Shown: positions 34,367 to 43,484 of the stretch, piece after piece
Numbering within the stretch: position 1 is the first letter of the stretch
Layout of the letters: every line of letters begins with the position of its first letter
IMG/VR virus record: IMGVR_UViG_3300030685_000004
Location: 1-52,479 of that record
Source of the DNA: a virus
Lineage: Duplodnaviria; Caudoviricetes
Reading direction: 5' to 3' (one strand)
DNA length: 52,479 nt
Made by a program: the position numbers and the translations under genes
Notes under the pieces: model-generated
Seen by the model: the letters and a program-made list of their open reading frames with translations, nothing else
What the model was told of the DNA's origin: nothing
Databases searched by the model: none

Positions 34367-35678
34367 TATAGACAATCCTTCTTTAGATGAACTTGCACAT
34401 CATGGTATTATGGGAATGCATTGGGGACATCATAAAGGAGAAATATCTGCATCCATCGAAAAAGCTCATGCAAATCTAAAGAGTCAAGAAAAGATTCTTA
34501 GAAAAGAGACTGAAAGGTATAATAGAGCAGGATCAACGTATGCAAGTGCATCTGATCAGAAAAGATTTGACTCAGCAATGAGAGAGTATGATTATGCTCG
34601 AACAGATTTAAAAAGTGCTAAGATTTTAGATAAAATAAATTCAAGTCCTAAATCTAAATCCCAACTTAAAGTTGAATCTAAGTATAAAGAGAAAGGTATG
34701 TCTAACGACGAAGCATCAGTGGCGGCCTATAAGCATATAAAAACTAGGAATTTATTGATAGCCGTTGGAGCCACAACAGTTGTAGCCGGAGGTGCATATC
34801 TAGCTTACAAGTATCATGATGATAGAGTCGATAAGATAATAAAAAGTGGTACCAAGTTATCGAACATATCAGCGGAGAATACCAAGGATATTCGTGATGC
34901 ATTCTACTCAACAAGAGTTGGTGAAAAGGGAAAGATACTGGATAAAATAGATAACTCTAAGTATAAAGGTATCTTTGCCAGAAATATATCTGGTTTTGGC
35001 AAAACTCCATATGATAAAGAAATTCATGTTTTAAAAGACATTAAGATGGTATCGCCAGAGAATAGTAGAAAAACAATAGCCTCACTTATTAAGACTGACC
35101 CAGATTACCATGAAAAACTAAAGTCTTACATCTTATACCAGACTGGTGATTATGTTGATAGTTGGCCTGGACTTGATAAAGTTAGAAAGAGAGCTGTTGA
35201 CGATATAGTTGATGGTAAAGTCACAAAAGATGTTTATAAAATAGTTAATATGGCAATGGCTGATCATAGACCAAATGCGGAATCAATAACCGAACCTTTT
35301 AAGAAAGCATTAAGTAAAGATGGTTATAATGCTATAAAAGATATAACCGATAACCAATTAAGTGGATTCCGAACCTTCAATCCAATTATAACATTCAACT
35401 CTAAAGGTTTGGTGGATGTAGTAGGGGTTAAAGAAGTAACAGAAGATATAATTAAAAAATCTGAGAAATTAGCATACGGGCATTTACATACGGTAGAAAA
35501 TGTTAAAGCAGGAGGTCAACTTGCGGGCATAATATTAGGGTTTACTGGTATCAATACAGGAGTCAAAGCACTAGGTAAACAATCACTGACTAGGGAAACA
35601 CTTAACTATCGTAAAGATAATCCTAATACCAAGTTATCAAACACTGAAATAACGCGTATGTTGGAAAGGAGTAGATAG
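34356..35678 (+). CDS. HxGxxGMxWG-tagged protein (440 aa) with central TM and unknown C-terminal domain
   Basis: 'DELAHHGIMGMHWG' at the N-terminus. Confidence 0.75.
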   Translation: METSIDNPSLDELAHHGIMGMHWGHHKGEISASIEKAHANLKSQEKILRKETERYNRAGSTYASASDQKRFDSAMREYDYARTDLKSAKILDKINSSPKSKSQLKVESKYKEKGMSNDEASVAAYKHIKTRNLLIAVGATTVVAGGAYLAYKYHDDRVDKIIKSGTKLSNISAENTKDIRDAFYSTRVGEKGKILDKIDNSKYKGIFARNISGFGKTPYDKEIHVLKDIKMVSPENSRKTIASLIKTDPDYHEKLKSYILYQTGDYVDSWPGLDKVRKRAVDDIVDGKVTKDVYKIVNMAMADHRPNAESITEPFKKALSKDGYNAIKDITDNQLSGFRTFNPIITFNSKGLVDVVGVKEVTEDIIKKSEKLAYGHLHTVENVKAGGQLAGIILGFTGINTGVKALGKQSLTRETLNYRKDNPNTKLSNTEITRMLERSR

Positions 35679-35679
35679 T

Positions 35680-35805
35680 ATGGATGTTAAGAAAATATTA
35701 GTAATAGGTTCACTAATTATATCAGTGTTGGTTTATAAGAACATGACTTTAAAAGTAGGACCAAGTGCTCCAGAGATGGAATATATATTAAACCATAAGA
35801 AATGA
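35680..35805 (+). CDS. 41-aa single-TM microprotein (not in ORF track)
   Basis: RBS GAAAGGAG; ATGA overlap with the HNH gene. Confidence 0.5.
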   Translation: MDVKKILVIGSLIISVLVYKNMTLKVGPSAPEMEYILNHKK

Positions 35806-36209
35806 AGACCTATTCAGAATTAAAAAAACTTAATTCCTTTGATGAACGATACCAATACTTAAGACTTAAGGGTAAGGTTGGAGAAACTACATTTGGATTT
35901 GACCGATACCTAAATCAAATTCTATACACATCCAAAAGATGGAAACGAACTAGAAATGATATAATCATAAGAGATAACGGATGTGACTTAGGCATAGAAG
36001 GACAAGAGATTCATAGGCATATACTAGTTCATCACATGAATCCAATAAGTATAGAAGATGTTGAACTTGATAGAGATATTCTATACGATCAAAAGTTTTT
36101 AATCTGTACTACATTCAGAACACATAATGCCATACACTATGGTGATCCATCACTACTACCACAAACCCCAAATGAGAGATGCCAAAACGATACTTGTCCT
36201 TGGCGTTAA
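35802..36209 (+). CDS. HNH endonuclease (terminase-associated)
   Basis: 'W...R..II.RD.GC', 'VHHMNP', 'L.C....HN.IH'. Confidence 0.85.
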   Translation: MKTYSELKKLNSFDERYQYLRLKGKVGETTFGFDRYLNQILYTSKRWKRTRNDIIIRDNGCDLGIEGQEIHRHILVHHMNPISIEDVELDRDILYDQKFLICTTFRTHNAIHYGDPSLLPQTPNERCQNDTCPWR

Positions 36210-36225
36210 GAAAGGAGAACTTAGT

Positions 36226-36627
36226 ATGACCGATGTAATTACACCAGACCCAATTAACATGGATAGTATTCTTATATCTATTAAAAAGATGTTGGGCATA
36301 GAACCCGATATGACTAACTTTGATGTTGAAATCATAATATATATTAATTCAGTTATAATGACCCTAAATCAAATAGGCGTAACTCCGGATGGATTTATAA
36401 TCTTAAATTCAGATGATGTTTGGAACGATATGATTGGTGAACGTACTGATATAGAAGCAATTAAAACTTTTATTTACTTAAAAGTTCGTTTATTATTTGA
36501 TCCACCATCCAGTTCTTTTGTATTAGAGGCTATGAAACAACTAGCCTCAGAGATGGAGTGGCGATTAAATGTACAAGTTGAGAATAAGACTTACGTTCCA
36601 GAAGTCATAGTTCCAGAGGAGGTGTAA
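36226..36627 (+). CDS. Putative head-tail connector protein
   Basis: 'DSIL.SIKKMLG...FD..II..IN...L.Q.G', 'LKVRLLFDPP', 'E.EWRL'. Confidence 0.65.
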   Translation: MTDVITPDPINMDSILISIKKMLGIEPDMTNFDVEIIIYINSVIMTLNQIGVTPDGFIILNSDDVWNDMIGERTDIEAIKTFIYLKVRLLFDPPSSSFVLEAMKQLASEMEWRLNVQVENKTYVPEVIVPEEV

Positions 36628-36628
36628 A

Positions 36629-37489
36629 ATGAGAGATAATGAGTATCTAGAGCATCATGGTGTTATGGGAATGAAGTGGGGACATACAAGCGGGAGTATT
36701 GAAAAAACTGCATATTCAGTAGGAGCAAAAATTAATCCTCGAGAACTAAAATACAAAGTTCATAAGATGACAACTAAAGTAAATGACGATACAAAATTAT
36801 TAGCAGATCTTACTAAAGCATCTAGTAAAGAATCCGGTGTTCTTCCAAATAATAAAAATGCACTTCTAGCAATAGAAAAAGTAGGTATCAAAACTCATGC
36901 TAAAACAGTGTATGATAATTTGGATAAACAAGATATTCTTAATTTAAAGACTTATACTGACTCGGCTAGGTATTCTAGAAGTGTTAATAATTATCTAGCA
37001 ATAGGAACACCTAAAGAGATTGCAGCAGAAGCAGCAAAGTTAAAACAAACACTTGGAAAGAATGCAATAAACGATGTTACAGTGTATCGAAGTTGTAATT
37101 TTAAATTTTCCATAAATGGCGTAGCGAAAAAACTAGATACGATGTCTGAAGAAGAACTACAAAATAACATTTCATTACTTTCTAAAAACTTCAGTGGAAA
37201 ATCGCTAAAAGAAAATAGAGTTTTCTCGACAAGTACATCTCCTTTATTTGCAATAGATACCTGGAGAGCAGTTAATCCAACAGCAGCTTCAACCTACAAT
37301 ACATATATGATTATTAATTGTAAGGGAACACCTGGAGTCTTAGCCGATGGTAAAACAAATGATGGAAAATCTCTTGTTAATACAAGAAGTAATCAAGAGG
37401 GCATATTAGCCCCAAATAAGTTAACTTATAAGAAATTAGAGTTTGATAGTGAACGCAAAATGTTTGCTATAACAGTAGATGCCACTTAA
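36629..37489 (+). CDS. HxGxxGMKWG-tagged ADP-ribosyltransferase (VIP2/C3-like, R-S-E class)
   Basis: 'LKTYT...Y..VNNYL', 'VYRS', 'FSTSTS', 'NQEGIL'. Confidence 0.75.
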   Translation: MRDNEYLEHHGVMGMKWGHTSGSIEKTAYSVGAKINPRELKYKVHKMTTKVNDDTKLLADLTKASSKESGVLPNNKNALLAIEKVGIKTHAKTVYDNLDKQDILNLKTYTDSARYSRSVNNYLAIGTPKEIAAEAAKLKQTLGKNAINDVTVYRSCNFKFSINGVAKKLDTMSEEELQNNISLLSKNFSGKSLKENRVFSTSTSPLFAIDTWRAVNPTAASTYNTYMIINCKGTPGVLADGKTNDGKSLVNTRSNQEGILAPNKLTYKKLEFDSERKMFAITVDAT

Positions 37490-37515
37490 AACATAAGGAT
37501 AGAGGTGATAATAAA

Positions 37516-37998
37516 ATGGATAAAGACTATCAAAATTTTGTAGGAAGAATGGGAAGTTTTGACGATACACTAGAGGTTGAAACTGATTTTGTAAAGCATT
37601 ATGGTAAGATAGGTATGCATTGGGGACGTAGATCAGGCAGATCAGGGACTCTTAGTAAAAAAATGGGAGCCAAGTTATCAGAAATGAAAACTCACTCTAC
37701 TGATAGCGAAGATTTTAAACAAAAACAGACACTTAAAACTAAGAAAATTAGAGAAATGTCTAATGCCGATCTTCAGACTCTAAATACTAGACTTCAGTTA
37801 GAAAGATCATATAAAGATTTAAGTAAACAGGATATGTCAGCTGGTAGAAAATATGCCAATGATGTCCTAGTTAATTCTTCCAAGCAAGCTCTTAGTAATG
37901 TGGTAATTAAGGGTATGTCAGCTGGATTAGACTCGTTATTAAAAAAAGCCATAAAACCAAAAGGTCCTGTTCAACTAAGTTTCGTTAAAGGTATGTAA
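37516..37998 (+). CDS. HxGxxGMxWG-tagged protein
   Basis: 'FVKHYGKIGMHWGRR', 'MSNADLQ..N.RLQLE..Y'. Confidence 0.75.
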   Translation: MDKDYQNFVGRMGSFDDTLEVETDFVKHYGKIGMHWGRRSGRSGTLSKKMGAKLSEMKTHSTDSEDFKQKQTLKTKKIREMSNADLQTLNTRLQLERSYKDLSKQDMSAGRKYANDVLVNSSKQALSNVVIKGMSAGLDSLLKKAIKPKGPVQLSFVKGM

Positions 37999-39744
37999 AT
38001 GGGACTATCAAATACAGCAACACCAAAATATTATGGAGAATTTCGTGATGCAGTTATTCGTGGAGAGATACCAGTCTGTAAAGAAATCTCTATGGAGATG
38101 AATCGTATAGACGAACTAATAAGTAATCCTGGAGTCTACTATGATAGTGGTGTTGTAGATGGATTTGTTAAGTATTGTGAAAAAGAACTTACTCTAACTG
38201 ATGGTGCTGATTTGGTACTACTAGATTCATTCAAACTATGGGCTGAAGCAGTATTTGGATGGTACTATTTTGTTGAACGAAGTATCTATGAACCATCACC
38301 AGACAACCATGGTGGTAAGTATGTACGTAAGATGATTAAGAAGCGATTGATTAACAAACAGTATTTGATTGTTGGCCGAGGTGCTGCAAAATCATTATAT
38401 GATTCATGTATTCAATCTTACTTTCATAATGTTGATACTACAACCACTCATCAGATTACTACAGCTCCAACCATGAAGCAGGCTGATGAAGTTATGTCTC
38501 CTATACGAACTGCCATTACAAGATCAAGAGGTCCTTTGTTTCAATTCTTAACCGAGGGTTCTCTACAGAACACAACAGGCTCTAGAGCCAACAGGATTAA
38601 GTTAGCATCCACTAAGAAGGGTGTTGAGAACTTCCTTACAGGCTCACTAATAGAAGTACGACCTATGAGCATTGATAAACTACAAGGACTACGACCAAAG
38701 ATAGCAACTGTTGATGAGTGGCTCTCTGGTGACATTCGAGAGGATGTTGTTGGTGCCATTGAGCAGGGTGCATCTAAACTTGATGACTACTTAATTGTAG
38801 CAACGAGTTCAGAAGGTACTGTTCGAAACGGAAGTGGAGATACAATCAAAATGGAGCTAATGGACATACTTAGAGGTGACTACATAAATCCACATGTTTC
38901 TATCTGGTGGTATAAACTCGATGATGTCAAAGAAATTAATGATCCATCAACCTGGCAGAAGGCAAATCCTAATCTTGGCAAGACTGTTACATATGAAGTC
39001 TATCAATTAGACGTTGAACGAGCAGAGAAAGCACCTGCTTCTAGGAATGATATCTTAGCAAAGAGGTTTGGTCTCCCAATGGAAGGCTATACCTACTTCT
39101 TTACTTATGAAGAAACTTTGCCACATAAGAAACGTAATTTCTGGAAGATGGTTTGTTCTATGGGAGCTGATATGTCTCAGGGAGATGACTTCTGTGCATT
39201 CACATTCTTGTTTCCGTTAGCTGGTGGTAAGTTTGGGATTAAGACTAGATGCTATATCACGTCATTAACTCTTATGAAGCTTCCAGGAGCGATGAGAAGT
39301 AAATACAACCAGTTCTTAGATGAAGGAAGTTTGATGGTCTTAGAAGGGACCGTACTAGACATGATGGAGGTCTATGAAGACTTAGATCAGTTTGTTATTG
39401 ATGAAGATTATGATGTGCGAAGTTTTGGATTTGACCCTTACAATGCTAAAGAATTTGTTACTCGATGGGAAACAGAGAATGGTCCTTACGGAATTGAGAA
39501 AGTAATCCAGGGTGCCAAGACTGAATCAGTACCATTGGGTGAACTTAAGAATTTAGCAGAAGAACGAATGCTTATATTTGATCAGGAACTAATGTCATTT
39601 ACAATGGGTAACTGTGTTACTCTAGAAGATACAAATGGTAATCGTAAATTGCTGAAAAAACGATATGAGCAAAAGATTGATAGTGTCTCTGCTCTTATGG
39701 ATGCCTATATTGCTTATAAAGTAAATAAAGATGCCTTTGAATAA
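37999..39744 (+). CDS. terL: Terminase large subunit
   Basis: Walker A-like VGRGAAKS, Walker B TVDE, W.KANPNLG, nuclease GADMS..DD, FDPYNA, KIDSVSALMDA. Confidence 0.93.
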   Translation: MGLSNTATPKYYGEFRDAVIRGEIPVCKEISMEMNRIDELISNPGVYYDSGVVDGFVKYCEKELTLTDGADLVLLDSFKLWAEAVFGWYYFVERSIYEPSPDNHGGKYVRKMIKKRLINKQYLIVGRGAAKSLYDSCIQSYFHNVDTTTTHQITTAPTMKQADEVMSPIRTAITRSRGPLFQFLTEGSLQNTTGSRANRIKLASTKKGVENFLTGSLIEVRPMSIDKLQGLRPKIATVDEWLSGDIREDVVGAIEQGASKLDDYLIVATSSEGTVRNGSGDTIKMELMDILRGDYINPHVSIWWYKLDDVKEINDPSTWQKANPNLGKTVTYEVYQLDVERAEKAPASRNDILAKRFGLPMEGYTYFFTYEETLPHKKRNFWKMVCSMGADMSQGDDFCAFTFLFPLAGGKFGIKTRCYITSLTLMKLPGAMRSKYNQFLDEGSLMVLEGTVLDMMEVYEDLDQFVIDEDYDVRSFGFDPYNAKEFVTRWETENGPYGIEKVIQGAKTESVPLGELKNLAEERMLIFDQELMSFTMGNCVTLEDTNGNRKLLKKRYEQKIDSVSALMDAYIAYKVNKDAFE

Positions 39745-39755
39745 GGGGGTGCAAA

Positions 39756-40235
39756 ATGAACAACTTAGAACATTCTGGTAAATTAGGAATGAAATGGGGA
39801 CAACGACATGCCGAAAAAAAACTCAATAAGTCAGCAAAGAAAGATGCAACTAAGCATGAAGTAGCCCGTCAAGCATATGGAAAAGGTGCTGGTATACAGA
39901 GACGACTTGTTAAAAAAGAAATTGAGGAGAAGATGAAAAATCCTCAGTATAAAGCAGCATATGATAAAGCCTTATCTGAAATCAACTATTCCAAAATAAA
40001 TAATAAAGCTATAGCGAACAGTAGAGGCCGAGCAACTAAAGATCAAGCAAATAGAAGTGCGGCAATCGTAGCTAAGACTCTAACAGGAACAACATCATTA
40101 GCAGCTGGCTATATTCTATACACTCAAAATAAACCAGCGATAGATAGTGCAGTTAGTTCAGCTTTGAAGTCAGCAAAAACGGCAGTTGATACCTACCAAA
40201 CTGCTAGACAATGGAAAAAGAACTTCGGTGGATAA
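39756..40235 (+). CDS. HxGxxGMKWG-tagged basic protein
   Basis: 'NNLEHSGKLGMKWGQR'. Confidence 0.75.
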   Translation: MNNLEHSGKLGMKWGQRHAEKKLNKSAKKDATKHEVARQAYGKGAGIQRRLVKKEIEEKMKNPQYKAAYDKALSEINYSKINNKAIANSRGRATKDQANRSAAIVAKTLTGTTSLAAGYILYTQNKPAIDSAVSSALKSAKTAVDTYQTARQWKKNFGG

Positions 40236-40255
40236 ACTAGACAGGAGGTGAAATA

Positions 40256-40660
40256 ATGGACAATGAAGCACAACACTTTGGTGTAATGGGTATGCATTGG
40301 GGAAACACTAATGATGAGCATTTAGAACATTACGGTAAGCCAGGAATGAAATGGGGTCATCGTAGTAAAGTATGGGCTAAAGATCGAGTGTTTGGAAGTG
40401 TTAAGTTTGTAAAAAATGCAGTTACGCATCCAATACTAACGACGGTTGCAGAAGTAAAAACTATACCAAGACATAAAGTAAGTACTGTAGCGGCTCTTGC
40501 TACCGGTGGACAATTAATGTCAAATAGACAGATAAAAGATATTAATACTACTACAAATGCGATGGTGGCAGCAAAAAAAGCTAAGAAAATAGCAAAAGCT
40601 CAAGCTCATGCTGCTTCGATTCTTACAAAACATGGTGGTAAAAAAGTGAGTGCTCTTTAA
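40256..40660 (+). CDS. Double-tagged HxGxxGMxWG basic protein
   Basis: 'EAQHFGVMGMHWG...LEHYGKPGMKWG'. Confidence 0.75.
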   Translation: MDNEAQHFGVMGMHWGNTNDEHLEHYGKPGMKWGHRSKVWAKDRVFGSVKFVKNAVTHPILTTVAEVKTIPRHKVSTVAALATGGQLMSNRQIKDINTTTNAMVAAKKAKKIAKAQAHAASILTKHGGKKVSAL

Positions 40661-40693
40661 TTAAAACTAACATGTAGGCCAGGAGGTGAAATA

Positions 40694-41194
40694 ATGGATA
40701 ATGAGTTAAGACATCATGGTGTTATGGGAATGCAGTGGGGTAAAGGTACAATATCTGAAGATTCACTAGAACATTACGGTAAGACAGGAATGAAGTGGGG
40801 ACGACGTGGCAGAGGTCTCACTGCAAATAGACAAGATGCTTTTAACAAACGAGATTTGAATAGACTTAATAATGGCGGACATGTAAGTGTCGGTTTTACA
40901 AAGAAAAGACAAGCTGCCTATGATAAACGAGACAAACAGTCAATAGAAAAATCAATAGAAAAAAGAGATAAACAAATCTCAATCAGAAAATTAGGAAATG
41001 GTAAAACACTGAGTCAGAATCTACTAAAAGATTTAAAAACGGTAGCTCTATCACAAGTAGCTGGTGCCGTTTTAATAAAAACTGGTCATCTACAAGCTGG
41101 AGTTCTTTTAGGAACTTTTGGAACTTATTGTGGTGTAGGACATGCCATAGGTAGTACTATAGCCGCAGGAGTCAATAAAAAGAATAACTACTAA
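40694..41194 (+). CDS. Double-tagged HxGxxGMxWG basic protein with hydrophobic C-terminus
   Basis: 'ELRHHGVMGMQWG...LEHYGKTGMKWG'. Confidence 0.75.
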   Translation: MDNELRHHGVMGMQWGKGTISEDSLEHYGKTGMKWGRRGRGLTANRQDAFNKRDLNRLNNGGHVSVGFTKKRQAAYDKRDKQSIEKSIEKRDKQISIRKLGNGKTLSQNLLKDLKTVALSQVAGAVLIKTGHLQAGVLLGTFGTYCGVGHAIGSTIAAGVNKKNNY

Positions 41195-41222
41195 AATCTA
41201 AAAAGAAAGAGGGAAATTTAAA

Positions 41223-42191
41223 ATGGTAAGATTAACCGCTAGACAGATTGCAAAGATTAATGGTATCAATATTCACACAAAAGAAATGAACCTTGGAACC
41301 AGAATTTCCGAAATGGAAGTTATCAGTGGAACACCAGTAAACGCAGTTAGTGCTGGAAAAATTCTAACTCTAACAGGTGTAGTTATTGATGGTGAAAAAG
41401 TAACTATTGATAACCCATTAGTTGCTGGATCTGATGTCTATGAATTCTTAGCAGATACTGCTCAGACCAAAACAGCAGTAACAAACAAAGCTGTAGATAT
41501 TTCTACATATACAGGTAAAGCTTCTGTTGTATTAACTGTTGATACTAAACCAACAAGTGGCGATATTATGACTATCGGTACTAAGGTATATACTTTTGTT
41601 CCAGTTGGTACTGCTGATGGCGATGGTGAAATATCAGTAGGTGCTGATCTAGCTGCTGCTAAGATAAACATTGTTGCTGCTATAAACGGAACAGATGCCT
41701 TTAACTTAGCTCATCCGTTAGTTACAGCTGCAAACTTTACAACAAATACCTGTACTATAACCGCTTTGGTTGGTGGAGTTGCTGGTAATGCAATTGCTTC
41801 AACTAAAACCTTCACTGCAGGAACAAATCTATTTGCTAGTTCTACCTTAACATCGGGAACAAATTGTACTGCCGCTAATGCTATAATAGCTTTAGTATCT
41901 GCAATAACCACCTTGGATACACAGGGCGTTGGAGCAGTAGATGGTACTGGTGATACAGTTGAACTTACTGCCAAAGTTGGTGGTGTTATTGGAAACAATG
42001 TAGTTATTGGAAAAGTAATGGCTAATGCAACCTTTGCTGGAGCAGCTACTAAACTTTCGGGTGGTGTAGATGGAACAGTTGGAACCATAAATCAGGTAAT
42101 GGTCGATGCTACATATATGTATAGATGCATTGCTGATAACACACTTGGTGGTAAAAACTGGAGAAGAGTCTCTCTCGGATCAGCTTATTAA
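41223..42191 (+). CDS. Putative virion structural/decoration protein (Thr/Ala/Gly-rich beta protein)
   Basis: Composition; two '(L/I)TA..GG..GN' repeats; C-terminal 'D..YMYRC...N...NWRR'. Confidence 0.6.
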   Translation: MVRLTARQIAKINGINIHTKEMNLGTRISEMEVISGTPVNAVSAGKILTLTGVVIDGEKVTIDNPLVAGSDVYEFLADTAQTKTAVTNKAVDISTYTGKASVVLTVDTKPTSGDIMTIGTKVYTFVPVGTADGDGEISVGADLAAAKINIVAAINGTDAFNLAHPLVTAANFTTNTCTITALVGGVAGNAIASTKTFTAGTNLFASSTLTSGTNCTAANAIIALVSAITTLDTQGVGAVDGTGDTVELTAKVGGVIGNNVVIGKVMANATFAGAATKLSGGVDGTVGTINQVMVDATYMYRCIADNTLGGKNWRRVSLGSAY

Positions 42192-42236
42192 AGCTAAATG
42201 AAGAGCGTAACCTCACAGCATAAAGGAGGTGAGAAG

Positions 42237-43466
42237 TTGCAAGAAAAAGAAACATTTAGGACAAGATTGAAACATGCTTGGAATTCATTCAAGGGTGATC
42301 AACCAAATAGTTACACTGATTACGGACCTAGTAATTATACTAGACCAGATAAAGCTAGATTATCGATGGGTAATGAACGATCTATAGTTAATTCAATCTA
42401 TAGTCGTATCTCAACAGATGTAGCTGCAATCTCCATACAGCATGTTCGGACAGATCAAAATGGTAGGTTCTTAGAGCCTATTCTATCTGGACTCAATGAT
42501 TGTTTATCATTAGATGCGAACGTGGATCAGACAGGAAGATCTTTTATTAAGGATATTGTGTTATCAATGTTCGATGAGGGACAGGTTGCTATAGTCCCAA
42601 CAGATACTACTATAAATCCATCATTATCTAGCTCATATGAAATTCAAAAGGTAAGAGTTGGGAAGATATTAGAGTGGTATCCAGCTCATGTCAAGCTTCA
42701 GGTTTATAATGAAAAGACAGCTAAGAAAGAAGACATAACAGTTCCAAAAAGTATGGTCGCTATTATAGAAAATCCATTCTACTCGGTTATGAACGAGCCA
42801 AACTCAACCCTCCAACGTCTAATACGAAAGTTAAATCTGCTGGATGCTATTGACGAACAGAGTGGTTCAGGTAAACTCGATCTTATAATACAATTGCCTT
42901 ATGTAATTAAAACCGCAGCCAGAAAGGAACAAGCCGAAATTCGTAGACAGGATATAGTGGATCAACTTTCAGGTTCAAAATACGGTATAGCTTATACTGA
43001 TGGTACAGAACGTATCACTCAGTTAAACCGACCCACTGAGAATAATTTGATGGGGCAGATTACATATCTAACAAGTATGCTATATGGCCAGTTAGGTATT
43101 ACCGAATCCATCTTTAATGGCTCAGCAAGTGAACAAGAAATGTTGAACTACTTTAACCGAACTATCGAACCAATCCTATCAGCATTAGTTGATGAGATGA
43201 AACGTAAGTTCCTAACTAAGACTGCAAGGTCTCAGAATCAATCAATACTATTCTTTAGAGACCCATTCAAGTTGGTCCCAGTCAGTCAATTAGCTGATAT
43301 GGCCGATAAGTTTACTCGTAATGAAATTCTATCATCTAATGAATTTAGAGGTATTATTGGATTTAAGCCGTCGAGTGATCCTAAAGCTGATGAGTTAAAG
43401 AACAAGAATATTAACTCACCAGTGAACCCTGAAACTCCACTCTTACCAAGTGGAACCACTACTTAA
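42237..43466 (+). CDS. Portal protein (HK97-like)
   Basis: Size and position between terminase and protease/capsid; 'RTIEPI', 'ILSSNEFR...G'; TTG start with AAGGAGGTG RBS. Confidence 0.88.
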   Translation: MQEKETFRTRLKHAWNSFKGDQPNSYTDYGPSNYTRPDKARLSMGNERSIVNSIYSRISTDVAAISIQHVRTDQNGRFLEPILSGLNDCLSLDANVDQTGRSFIKDIVLSMFDEGQVAIVPTDTTINPSLSSSYEIQKVRVGKILEWYPAHVKLQVYNEKTAKKEDITVPKSMVAIIENPFYSVMNEPNSTLQRLIRKLNLLDAIDEQSGSGKLDLIIQLPYVIKTAARKEQAEIRRQDIVDQLSGSKYGIAYTDGTERITQLNRPTENNLMGQITYLTSMLYGQLGITESIFNGSASEQEMLNYFNRTIEPILSALVDEMKRKFLTKTARSQNQSILFFRDPFKLVPVSQLADMADKFTRNEILSSNEFRGIIGFKPSSDPKADELKNKNINSPVNPETPLLPSGTTT

Positions 43467-43484
43467 AAAGGAGGACAAACTAAT

